Of a stretch of DNA of 64,000 bases, positions 1 to 9,322 are shown one piece after another. Positions within the stretch are counted from its first letter, which is position 1. Each line of letters opens with the position of its first letter. The notes under the pieces are model-generated. The model was not told the DNA's origin. It saw only the letters and a program-made list of their open reading frames with translations, and did no database searches. Origin of the DNA: a virus; IMG/VR virus record IMGVR_UViG_3300020579_000006, positions 30,865 to 94,864 of that record. One strand, written 5' to 3'. A program made the translations under genes and the position numbers.

Positions 1-108
1 GCCGGATATTCTTATGGTTCTAAAGTACAGAAAGCAGTAGAAGCTAAAGTCGCATCCGTTGCGGGTTCGGTAGCTGCTTCTGCTAGTTCTGTAGCAAAGA
101 AAGTCTAA
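1..108 (+). CDS. 3' end of a small Ala/Ser/Val-rich protein (truncated by window edge)
   Basis: Frame 1 reads AGYSYGSKVQKAVEAKVASVAGSVAASASSVAKKV to TAA at 106-108. Confidence 0.6.
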   Translation, partial: AGYSYGSKVQKAVEAKVASVAGSVAASASSVAKKV

Positions 109-131
109 CTAATTGTCCGGTTTCCGGACAT

Positions 132-208
132 GCGAGGCTAGTGTTTAAAAGCCAGCACACCGGTCTTCCAAACCGGTAGTATCGGTGCAACTCCGATGCT
201 TCGCTCCA
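132..208 (+). tRNA. tRNA-Gly (TCC)
   Basis: Acceptor GCGAGGC/GCTTCGC, anticodon arm CCGGT-CTTCCAA-ACCGG, T-arm ATCGG-TGCAACT-CCGAT, U73, encoded CCA. Confidence 0.9.
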
Positions 209-213
209 TTTAA

Positions 214-287
214 GGAGTCGTCGTCTAGTGACAAGACGCTCGACTGTCGCTCGAAGAACGAGGGTTTGATTCCCTTCGACTCCGCCA
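214..287 (+). tRNA. tRNA-Asp (GTC)
   Basis: Acceptor GGAGTCG/CGACTCC, anticodon loop CTGTCGC, G73, encoded CCA. Confidence 0.9.
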
Positions 288-299
288 TTTTGGTGTTAA

Positions 300-698
300 A
301 TGAAAATCCCATACTGGAAACTCGCCTTCGGTCCAGCCATACTATTTGTTCTCGGGTTTTTAATGAATGCAATAGTAGTAGCCGACAACAGCGGGACTAT
401 GCCTGTCCTAGTTCATAACTGCACCCAAGAATTAATGGGCGAAGATGATGACCTTCATGTGTGTATGGGCGAGGAAGCTCATCTTAAAATCCTGGCAGAC
501 TGGATACTGTGGAATCACGTAGGGGTTTTTAGTCCCGGTGATTTTTTGGAGATAGCAGGAGAGCTAACCTTTAACCCGTTTTTAATAGCGTGGCTAGCGT
601 TCGTAATAAGAGATTATAACCGTAGAGGAATAGATGGCGGTAGAACACATTCTTGGTGGGAAAGAAAACAAACAACTAGAACGCCCTATCCTGATTGA
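300..698 (+). CDS. membrane protein, DUF5317-like
   Basis: TM segments with N-x-x-V-x-x-x-N-x-G-x-M-P-V, L-A-D-W-I and S-P-G-D motifs. Confidence 0.6.
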   Translation: MKIPYWKLAFGPAILFVLGFLMNAIVVADNSGTMPVLVHNCTQELMGEDDDLHVCMGEEAHLKILADWILWNHVGVFSPGDFLEIAGELTFNPFLIAWLAFVIRDYNRRGIDGGRTHSWWERKQTTRTPYPD

Positions 699-1233
699 CC
701 CGGTTGATGATGAAGGATATTTTCTATTACCCGAAGAATTTAGTCCTAAAGATGAAGTAAGATGGGCTAAACGCCGTCAGGATTCTATTCGTGTCGCCCA
801 GTATGCGGATTCTAAGTGCGGGCTTCCTAATACCTATGACCCCGAAGGCGCTTATTTATGCGGTGGGTGTGGAGACGGCAGTTCGAAACCTTGTAACAAA
901 CTAGTAATTGAAAATAGTGAATGCTTAATTCGCATAGCTCCTATAAATAAACCCGACCTACAAAGTTGTGGCTATTGGGAGATACAAAACGCAGGAGACC
1001 CCGAGGGTCGATACTGCGATAAAGGAAAGTTAGAAGACGACCGTATAGGGTTTGGTGAAACCGAAAACCCCAAAGGATTTGGCTGCATAAGATGTGAATA
1101 TGGTCAGCAAGGAATGCCCCGTCCTGATAGCGAAGGTCGTACTCTGTGGTGTAAGAAAAAAGGACACCCGGTAGAAGAAAACGCCTGCTGTGAAGATAAC
1201 GAACCTCTAGAAAATGAAGAGAGCGAAGAATAG
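634..1233 (+). CDS. Cys-rich hypothetical protein
   Basis: 199-aa ORF with SD (GAGG) and many Cys; N-terminal HILGGK. Confidence 0.7.
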   Translation: MAVEHILGGKENKQLERPILIDPVDDEGYFLLPEEFSPKDEVRWAKRRQDSIRVAQYADSKCGLPNTYDPEGAYLCGGCGDGSSKPCNKLVIENSECLIRIAPINKPDLQSCGYWEIQNAGDPEGRYCDKGKLEDDRIGFGETENPKGFGCIRCEYGQQGMPRPDSEGRTLWCKKKGHPVEENACCEDNEPLENEESEE

Positions 1234-1682
1234 TGAGAGCGGACCAACTAATCTATCACCAAGGAATGTGGCGGGCCGAAGTCGGTGGTAAGCACTATTG
1301 CGCTCAAACCAAAGAACTTCTAAAACTCGGCTTAAAGCATGTAGGTATCTCAGTAAGTGAACCACAGTATATCGAGTTTGATGACCGTACTCCAACCGAA
1401 GTTTATATAGACGTGCTTCGTAGCCCTGAATCTCCTCTACTAGTTAAACAAGAAACCCTGATACGTTTGTTTACGTTAGCTAATCAGGGCGACCCACTAG
1501 CCGAAGAACTCGTAAATGCCATTCCTACTGACCGGTCGTTTGATGCTCAGTACTATACTAAACAAATAGGTAAAACTGATTTTCTATTTGTGGGCGTTGC
1601 CGAACTACATGAGTACGTAGATAACATAGTGCTACGGTCTAAGCTTATAACAGAGCTTGGCAATTTATATAAGAGAATCTAA
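1233..1682 (+). CDS. hypothetical protein
   Basis: 149-aa ORF coupled to upstream stop (TAGTG). Confidence 0.65.
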   Translation: MRADQLIYHQGMWRAEVGGKHYCAQTKELLKLGLKHVGISVSEPQYIEFDDRTPTEVYIDVLRSPESPLLVKQETLIRLFTLANQGDPLAEELVNAIPTDRSFDAQYYTKQIGKTDFLFVGVAELHEYVDNIVLRSKLITELGNLYKRI

Positions 1683-1684
1683 AG

Positions 1685-2326
1685 ATGCCAATAGGACCGT
1701 CAAATGCACTTGCCCCGTATATAGGCCCCGGAGGGTTAATAGTAGTTATTGACCCCGCAGTTATCATTAGTAATAACGTACTAAATGTGCTTCCTCAAAC
1801 TAATGTAATAGTAGCTCCCAACACTACTAATTTTATTTTCTATAACGCGGTGTCTAACGCAATTCAAGTTAATACCTCCGGTTTTCCTAGTCAAGTTATT
1901 CCTATCGCTACCGCCACTACATCTATGAATGGCAACATGGTTCTTCTTGATAATAGACCAGATTTCACTATTATCAGTCTTCCTACTGCTTTAGTTAACG
2001 CTCCGGGTACTTCGCTAACAACAGGTAATTTTTCATTTTCCGGATGGGGAACCGGAGCCAGTCTAGTAGTTAATTCCGGCACTCAAACCGGATTTTCGAT
2101 TACTATAACCGCCGGTACTAGTCCTAGTCAACGTCCCACTATCACCCTAACTTTTAATACGTCTTATTCAAATGCTCCTATCACGATAGCTCAAGTCAAT
2201 GGTGGAACCGGAATGGTAACTGATATTACTGCTGCTAACACTACTACTCAATCAGTCATGACCTATGACGGTCTTCCAGTAAATACAAAAACATATACTA
2301 TACAGGTTTTTACCCTTGGTCAATAA
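1685..2326 (+). CDS. putative virion fibre/adaptor protein (no signal peptide)
   Basis: Thr/Gly/Asn-rich beta-type composition, first gene of the fibre-like cassette. Confidence 0.55.
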   Translation: MPIGPSNALAPYIGPGGLIVVIDPAVIISNNVLNVLPQTNVIVAPNTTNFIFYNAVSNAIQVNTSGFPSQVIPIATATTSMNGNMVLLDNRPDFTIISLPTALVNAPGTSLTTGNFSFSGWGTGASLVVNSGTQTGFSITITAGTSPSQRPTITLTFNTSYSNAPITIAQVNGGTGMVTDITAANTTTQSVMTYDGLPVNTKTYTIQVFTLGQ

Positions 2327-5300
2327 ATTCATAAAATTTATATTTGGGTTGGCATTACTACTCGGGATAACCCTGCCTACTCGTGGCCAAACCAGTTTAA
2401 CAGGCCGTATAGTAGAAGACGTAGCGGCTAATCGTCCCACTACTTGCACGACCGGCGATGTTTATGTAGATACAGATGATGCCAATAGTTGGAGATGCTT
2501 TCCTAATAATGTTTGGGTTAGTTTCGGTGGCGGTTTAGTAAGTCCGATTACTGCTCCTAATCCTTTACAGTTTAATGTCGATTTAATATTTAAAGGTCCT
2601 AATCCTGCGTATGATGCTCGTGTTTCAGGCGTTCGGTCAGTTAGTGTTGGTTCGGTACCGGCTATCCCCGGAACTACCGTATCTATTAATGCCGGTTCTG
2701 CTTCCGCTATAATTTCTAGTTCTTCTGGTTTTCAAACCGGAGACGGCGTTGTTATTTATGGTGCGGGCGTCACTAATCCTATTTCAACCCCTTCCTCCCC
2801 GACTGTTACTCCTGTTAATGCAGTTGGCCTGACCGGCACACTGTTAGACACCGCCAGTCCTAGTGGTTCTACTACCTATCAATATTGTGTAGCAGCCTGG
2901 GGCGGACCTGTCGGCCAAGCAGTTACGGCCTGCAGTGCTAATACTAGTATAAGTACGGGTCAGGCGTCTCTAGGACCGCAAAGTGTTTCGATTACTTCAA
3001 TCGCTAACTCTAATGGTACTTTTTCAATCGTAACATCTTCTGCCCACACAGTTGCGGTGGGTGCTTTAGTGCAAATACGAGGGGCGCTCCCGGCAAATTT
3101 TAACGGATATTTTCGTGTATTAACTGCTGTAGATAACACCCATCTAACCGTAAGTACTTCTTACGATACCCGAAACGGAGCTTTGGTTGCGCCAACCACG
3201 GCAGGCACTTTGACTTGGTGGAATTCTAATAGAATTACAGTCGCCGCCGCTACAGGTTCTAGCAACGGTACTAAGTACCTAGTATACGGCCGTACCTCTG
3301 GTTCTATGACTTTGCTCGGAGTGATGTGGCCACAAAACTCTAATTTTAACACCGACCCCACATATCTCGCTTTTGATGATTACGGACCTACTTTTACTGT
3401 TGCGCCAAACCTGCCGTTTTATATTTCATCTTCCCCTCCTGTTTCCTCTACAAATGACTCTTTAGTTACTACCATTGTTTCTGGACTACCGAGCACCACG
3501 ATTATCTTAGCTGCTACAGCTAGTAATTCGGTGTCTGGTGCTACAATTCTATTCGACGACGGCGTAACACTAGCTGCCGCATCTCTAGCCGCTAAAAACG
3601 AAGGAGCCAAATTAGTACTTCCGGCTGGAGGTACATATCCTATTAACTCGCCAACAACACTCGCTAATAGCGGAGAGCTGGATTACTATGGCGGATTAAA
3701 CCTAAACGAAACTTTAAATATTAGTACGAATACGGTTTCCGGACAATATATCCCAAACGGTTCAGCAGCATCGTTTGGATTGAACCCCTCCCCGGTGATA
3801 AATGTACTTCGCGGTTGGCCCGGATTATACGCCACTAATAACGTCTATCTTCACTATTTAACTATTAGTAGTGGCGAGTCAGCAAATTTATTTATGCAAG
3901 ACGGTGGTACCGGTCAAATTCCGGCCAGTACTTTTGACCGTACACAGTGGACTCTTAGTGGTAACGGGTATACTAGTACCGCACAAGTATTTCGTACTAA
4001 CCATACGAACTCTTTTGCGGATATTTTTTATAGTGGTACACTTCTTACAGCCGGTCAATTAGGTTCCGGTTCCATGTCCACACCTGGAATTTTTTGGAGT
4101 GGGCCGGGAAATCCGGTAATGCGAGATACTTTCCTAAGCGGTAAAGGTATGCTGCTTCGTCCTGCGGTATCGGGTTCGACCTACGTAATGGACTGGGTTT
4201 ATAGTCAAGCTAACTACATGCCGTACTTATCAGTTATTGGCGTGGATGGAGGCGGAGTAGGAATAACCGGAAGAATCAACACCGTTTTATTTGACACTAC
4301 ACAGGCACCGCTAATAGCGAATCTTGGCGGGGTCATTCTCTCCTTAGTGACCGATAGTATTCCAAGTCAAACATTGATTTCTTCTCCTAATAGCGACACC
4401 TCTATCGTAGGTCCACCCGTAGGAAGTCTTGGAACCAATGTTAGTACGATATCAAACGAGCCGACTTTTTTTTCTGTGAACGATGGAACGTTTAATGCGG
4501 GGGTTATTCAGGCTAATCAAGTAACACCACAGTATCCAATTAATTCTTTTGTTCCAATTGGGCCAGCCTTTGCAGTATTTGTTGAAGACCTTCCAGGAAC
4601 TGCCCCTACTTGTTCTGTAGTCAATAGTGGCACTTTCTTTCCGTCGGCGGGCACATGGTTTTTTGAATATGCATATAAATACGCTAATGGAGGAATGGGA
4701 ACTCCTTCGTTTCCGAGTACCGGTTGTACTGTTAACGGGACTAGCCAGGATATAAACGTAGTTTTACCGACAGCTCCTGCTACTATTGGTTTAGGCGCGT
4801 ATATTATGGCGGCAAACGCGGCTAATGGACCTTACTTTTATATTGGAGGGTCAGACCCGACAACCCAAGGAGCCGCTTGGAATGCGTCAACTAACACGTA
4901 TTTATTTTCAGGTTTTGCGTCTATTCCGTCTCCTACATCAGCAGGTTCAGGACCGTCAGGGATAAGTAGTGGTTTAATCTGGGGTAAAGTGGTTTCTATA
5001 GGCTCAAGTACCATTAGTGCCCCGAATAATACAGTTCCCCGCAATTTAACTCTTCCCGATACTTCTGGCACCGTCGGGATTATGACTGGTTCTTTCACCA
5101 ATGCTCACTGTTTACAGGCTAGTGTTATTGGAGGAGTTCTATCAATAGCAGATACTGGCGCTACTTGCGGAAGTGGCGGCGGTGGCGCTACCTTTCAGGT
5201 TAATGGCACTAATACTAGTAGCCAAACTACTATAAATTTTCAAAGTGCTGCTACCTTTAATGGTATAACCGCAGCGTTTTCTAATCCTTCCGCTGGAAAC

Positions 5301-7925
5301 GTCCTTCTTACTTTAAGCGGCGCGGCAACAAATGCATTTCTTCTAAACTCAAGTGTAACTATCAATACGGCTTTACCTTTAACCGGCGGAGGAGTACTCG
5401 CCCTTGGTGGAACGTTAAATCTTACTTGTCCAAATTGTAGTTCTGGAGGAGTTAACTCTCGTACTACGAATTATAACCTCGTATCTACTGACGATGGATT
5501 CTTGGTATCTTCTAATGGCACTAGTTTAACTGACACACTTCCTTCTACACCTCCTAGTGCTTTTTGGGATGTAGATATTCAGAATCTGAATGCTACAAAC
5601 CTGACTATTAGTAGAAACGGACTTCTTATCAATGGAGCGGCTAATAATATAGTAGTTCCTCCATTCCAATCGGTTCGAATTTTTACAGATAGCGCTAACT
5701 ATTTTAACCCTAATCCTCCACTTATAGCCGGGACTAATATTACAATTACCGGAGCACCAAACGGTATTACTATTGCAGCTTCTGGAACAGGAGTAGGAGG
5801 TTCTGGTACAACAGGATTTTTCTCTTGTTGGACTTCTTCATCTAATCTCGGAAACTGTCACATGGATGACGGTGTAACTACGGCGGCTACTATAACCGCT
5901 ACAGAACCTATAGTAGCTCCAAGTGTTACCGCTAATGGCTTATGCAATGCTGGAACTACAGGTTGCGTAATATTAACCGCCGGTACTGCCCCATCTTCTT
6001 TTAATACTAACTCGTTTACTCTATATGCGCCTACATCTATCTCTACTCCATATGGTTGGGTAGTACCTAGCGCCGCTGCTACTGGTATTCTACATCTTAC
6101 TAATGCAGCTAACGTAGTTACCTTATCTGTTAGCGCCATTAATCTAGCTGGTGCTGATGTAACCGGAAACCTGCCTTTCAGTCAGTTAAGCGCGGCTACT
6201 AACTCAAATCCCGGCACTTTTGCGGTATCTAGTAACACATGGGATTTTAGTGCTGCCACCTTAATTAAGATGCGCACTGCCGCAGGTTTAACGACCACGG
6301 TTAACGGTGATATAGGATACGATACTACTAATAAAAACTGGCATGCGTTTCAGAATGGCGTAGATAGCTATCAATTTGGCGGTCCAGTTTCCGGAACTTA
6401 CACTAGCGGAGACTGCGTAGAGTTTAGTAAAGTATCTAACGTTATTACACTAATTGATGCTGGTGCCGCTTGCGGGTCTGGAGGCGGTGGAGGAGCTACT
6501 CTTCAAACTAACAGCGTAAATAATACTAGTCAGACTACGCTCAATCTTATTAATAGCGCCGCTACAAACGGTATTACTCTAACTGTTACCAACACTTCTG
6601 GTGGTACAGTACAACTGGGATATACTGGTACTCTAAATAACTCTGGTTTAACAAATTCATCTACTACTATTGATGGGGTTACTTGTACTCTTGGTTCTAC
6701 CTGTACTCTCACTCTAGATGAAATTAGCAACCCAGTTGCATCTAAAACCTTTACTTTTCCTGCTACGAACGTACTAACTATTTCTGGTACTGCTCCTGCT
6801 AGTCAAAGCGGAGCAGGCCTTAACGCCGGTACTTTATTTAGCGTAACAGGTGTTACTGGTTCAGCTACAACCGGGTCGGCTACTACCGCCGGTAGTGGGT
6901 CTTTTATTTCTCTAACTTGCGGTAATGGCGGGTCCGGTTCTGGAGGCACAAACGCAGTGGGTGGTCAAGGCGGAGACTGCACTATTATTGCAGGTAATGC
7001 GGGTGTTTCCGGTGGTACGGCAGCTAATGCAAGAGGTGGTAATATAGTACTAACTTCTGGTTTAGCAGGTAGCGGTGGTTCAGGAGCCGCTGGTGCAGCC
7101 GGTATTATTCAACTTAATGGAGCTACAATACTTGCTACTCCAAGCACATCCGCTGTTAATAACTCCTGGTCATTTCAAATCCAGGGTGAGTATCAAAACT
7201 CCGGAACACCAACGTTCACTACAGATACTTGGACTGTTCAGGATATAATCGGCTCTGGTACTAACGGTACTAGTACTTTAACTTTTAGTCATTTAGGTTC
7301 CACCGGGTCTTCGGCAGTTAACGTACCTTTACTAACAGTCGGTACCGCTCCTGCTTGTGTACCAGGAACCGCTGGTGGAGAATGTTTTACCCAAGGTACT
7401 GCATTTACTAACGTAGCTGGTTCTGCTGGTTTTTATCCAGATTCAACCACAAACGAATTCATGGCCGCTACAAATGGCTCTAGTTCCTTTGGTATGCTAG
7501 TACGCAGTCAGCCATCTCCTATACATCAAACTGGTAAAACGGCGGCTATTTCTACCGCTACTTTGTGTGCTGCTTCCGCAGGTGCTTGTAACACTGCTGG
7601 TGAATATCACTTACATTTTGATTTTATAGAAACCGGAACCGCTTGTACAGTTCCCGGAACCGGCGGTGTTACATTCTTACTAACTTGGACAGATAGTAAT
7701 GGAACGGCCCACTCAGCAGTTTCGCTAGGAATGGACGATGCGTCTACTATTAATGCTGTTTCGCAGACCTTCCACTTTCAGACTTCACTTGGAGCGGCGT
7801 GGGGAAGCGGAGACTTTAACATCTCGACCAACGGTTCGGTAATTCAATATGCTACGGGCTATACCGCTTGTGGTACTGGAACCGGTACATACCAACTAGA
7901 TGCAGCTATAACGAGACTACAATAG
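2316..7925 (+). CDS. 1869-aa tailspike/tail-fibre-like protein with Sec-type signal peptide
   Basis: N-term MVNKFIKFIFGLALLLGITLPTRG|Q; beta-helix-entry-like DDGVTLAAA...LVLPAGGTYPINS; internal repeat DxGAxCGSGGGG(G)ATxQxN..N.xSQTTxN; paired Cys; Gly-rich fibre segment. Confidence 0.7.
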   Translation: MVNKFIKFIFGLALLLGITLPTRGQTSLTGRIVEDVAANRPTTCTTGDVYVDTDDANSWRCFPNNVWVSFGGGLVSPITAPNPLQFNVDLIFKGPNPAYDARVSGVRSVSVGSVPAIPGTTVSINAGSASAIISSSSGFQTGDGVVIYGAGVTNPISTPSSPTVTPVNAVGLTGTLLDTASPSGSTTYQYCVAAWGGPVGQAVTACSANTSISTGQASLGPQSVSITSIANSNGTFSIVTSSAHTVAVGALVQIRGALPANFNGYFRVLTAVDNTHLTVSTSYDTRNGALVAPTTAGTLTWWNSNRITVAAATGSSNGTKYLVYGRTSGSMTLLGVMWPQNSNFNTDPTYLAFDDYGPTFTVAPNLPFYISSSPPVSSTNDSLVTTIVSGLPSTTIILAATASNSVSGATILFDDGVTLAAASLAAKNEGAKLVLPAGGTYPINSPTTLANSGELDYYGGLNLNETLNISTNTVSGQYIPNGSAASFGLNPSPVINVLRGWPGLYATNNVYLHYLTISSGESANLFMQDGGTGQIPASTFDRTQWTLSGNGYTSTAQVFRTNHTNSFADIFYSGTLLTAGQLGSGSMSTPGIFWSGPGNPVMRDTFLSGKGMLLRPAVSGSTYVMDWVYSQANYMPYLSVIGVDGGGVGITGRINTVLFDTTQAPLIANLGGVILSLVTDSIPSQTLISSPNSDTSIVGPPVGSLGTNVSTISNEPTFFSVNDGTFNAGVIQANQVTPQYPINSFVPIGPAFAVFVEDLPGTAPTCSVVNSGTFFPSAGTWFFEYAYKYANGGMGTPSFPSTGCTVNGTSQDINVVLPTAPATIGLGAYIMAANAANGPYFYIGGSDPTTQGAAWNASTNTYLFSGFASIPSPTSAGSGPSGISSGLIWGKVVSIGSSTISAPNNTVPRNLTLPDTSGTVGIMTGSFTNAHCLQASVIGGVLSIADTGATCGSGGGGATFQVNGTNTSSQTTINFQSAATFNGITAAFSNPSAGNVLLTLSGAATNAFLLNSSVTINTALPLTGGGVLALGGTLNLTCPNCSSGGVNSRTTNYNLVSTDDGFLVSSNGTSLTDTLPSTPPSAFWDVDIQNLNATNLTISRNGLLINGAANNIVVPPFQSVRIFTDSANYFNPNPPLIAGTNITITGAPNGITIAASGTGVGGSGTTGFFSCWTSSSNLGNCHMDDGVTTAATITATEPIVAPSVTANGLCNAGTTGCVILTAGTAPSSFNTNSFTLYAPTSISTPYGWVVPSAAATGILHLTNAANVVTLSVSAINLAGADVTGNLPFSQLSAATNSNPGTFAVSSNTWDFSAATLIKMRTAAGLTTTVNGDIGYDTTNKNWHAFQNGVDSYQFGGPVSGTYTSGDCVEFSKVSNVITLIDAGAACGSGGGGGATLQTNSVNNTSQTTLNLINSAATNGITLTVTNTSGGTVQLGYTGTLNNSGLTNSSTTIDGVTCTLGSTCTLTLDEISNPVASKTFTFPATNVLTISGTAPASQSGAGLNAGTLFSVTGVTGSATTGSATTAGSGSFISLTCGNGGSGSGGTNAVGGQGGDCTIIAGNAGVSGGTAANARGGNIVLTSGLAGSGGSGAAGAAGIIQLNGATILATPSTSAVNNSWSFQIQGEYQNSGTPTFTTDTWTVQDIIGSGTNGTSTLTFSHLGSTGSSAVNVPLLTVGTAPACVPGTAGGECFTQGTAFTNVAGSAGFYPDSTTNEFMAATNGSSSFGMLVRSQPSPIHQTGKTAAISTATLCAASAGACNTAGEYHLHFDFIETGTACTVPGTGGVTFLLTWTDSNGTAHSAVSLGMDDASTINAVSQTFHFQTSLGAAWGSGDFNISTNGSVIQYATGYTACGTGTGTYQLDAAITRLQ

Positions 7926-9322
7926 TGAAACGTTTATTATTGACTGTCCTATTCATAGTTTCATTTGGATTTCCGGCCAAAGCTGCAAATCCTACTTTTG
8001 TAGGTAGCGCAACTCCAGTTACTAGTACTAATGGTACTGACACTTCAATAACTATAACCTACAGTCCTTCTTCTGGAAACTGTGTACTTATTGCTTTAGG
8101 TTCTAATGTTAGTACTCTTTCTATCTCATCCGTAAAAGATAGTAGTAATAACGTAATCCCTCTCTTAGTTTTAGATACTAATGGAAGCAAATTTTCTGCT
8201 ATTTATGGTACTACTGGTGTCGCTTCTGGAATAACGTCTTTTACGGTCACGTTTACTGCTGGACCACATATTTGGGGCACAGTAGCGGAATATTCCGGTG
8301 TATCTAACTTCGGTCAAATAACCGACGGAGATACGGCTGGAACGGTAACATCTGCTAGCCTAAGTATAACTACTCAAGCCAACAATAACATATTTGTTGG
8401 AATGTTTACTATATACGGTAGTGCTACAGGTATTACTGGTACCGGGTCCACTAACGTTCGTCAAACCAGTAGTTTTTCTGATGTAGGCGCTTTTGCGGAC
8501 ACCGCTCTGGCTACTGCTGGTTCTATATCGACCGCTATTAGCTGGACCGTGGCTTCGCCATATGCGGCGGTAGGACTTGAACTATCTAGTAATCCTATGA
8601 ATATAGTACAGTTTATCGGGGCTAATTGCAACTCCGCTACTACTTGTTCCGCCACATTTACTCAGGCAGTTCAAATAAGTAACTATGTTATTCCTGTTTC
8701 ATATGATGGTACATCGTCTTCAGCAAATGATACTTTTTCAGACGGTACAAATAGTTATACTCAAGTAATGCCTACTACTGGCGGCACTCCCCACTCTTTT
8801 TGTGGTCTGTCAGTGGATGGAGATACTGTAGCTATGTCTTATGCTAAAGCCACCACTAACGTTGCTCTGACCGTTACTATAGCGAATGGTGGGACAAGCG
8901 GTCATAAAATCATCTTATTAGCGGAAGTTAACGGACTTGCATCTTCTAGTCCTTTAGACCAAACGTCTAGTTGTATTAATACTTCTGGAGTTACTTCTTT
9001 AACTACTGGTAGCGTAACTACGGGTTTTACAAATGAAATTATACTAGCAGTTTTTGGTTTAGCTGCATCAGCTACTTTTACTCCAGGAACAAACTATATA
9101 CTATTATCTCAAATACCTAGTGGAGCAGGCAACGGAGTGGAAGGAAATGAGTCTAGAGAAGTAACGTCTATAGCCAGCTACAACGCTTCTATGACTATTA
9201 GTGCTTCCCAAGAAATGGCCGGATTTTTAGCTACTTTTAAAGCGGCTATTCAGCCTGTTCCTACTACGGCTTCTATGACATTCGGACCAACAAAAGTACT
9301 AGGAGGCACTACTAAATGGTAA
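7925..9322 (+). CDS. secreted-type beta-rich protein with two tandem similar domains
   Basis: Likely start GTG 7925 (TAGTG coupling); MKRLLLTVLFIVSFGFPAKA|ANP signal peptide; duplicated AEYSG/AEVNG-type domain. Confidence 0.7.
   Translation: MKRLLLTVLFIVSFGFPAKAANPTFVGSATPVTSTNGTDTSITITYSPSSGNCVLIALGSNVSTLSISSVKDSSNNVIPLLVLDTNGSKFSAIYGTTGVASGITSFTVTFTAGPHIWGTVAEYSGVSNFGQITDGDTAGTVTSASLSITTQANNNIFVGMFTIYGSATGITGTGSTNVRQTSSFSDVGAFADTALATAGSISTAISWTVASPYAAVGLELSSNPMNIVQFIGANCNSATTCSATFTQAVQISNYVIPVSYDGTSSSANDTFSDGTNSYTQVMPTTGGTPHSFCGLSVDGDTVAMSYAKATTNVALTVTIANGGTSGHKIILLAEVNGLASSSPLDQTSSCINTSGVTSLTTGSVTTGFTNEIILAVFGLAASATFTPGTNYILLSQIPSGAGNGVEGNESREVTSIASYNASMTISASQEMAGFLATFKAAIQPVPTTASMTFGPTKVLGGTTKW

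Noticed and set aside
145-418. ORFs 145-372(-) and 185-418(+); likewise 13109-13648(-) and 13423-13692(-)
   Set aside because: They overlap tRNA genes or real genes on the other strand; shadow ORFs
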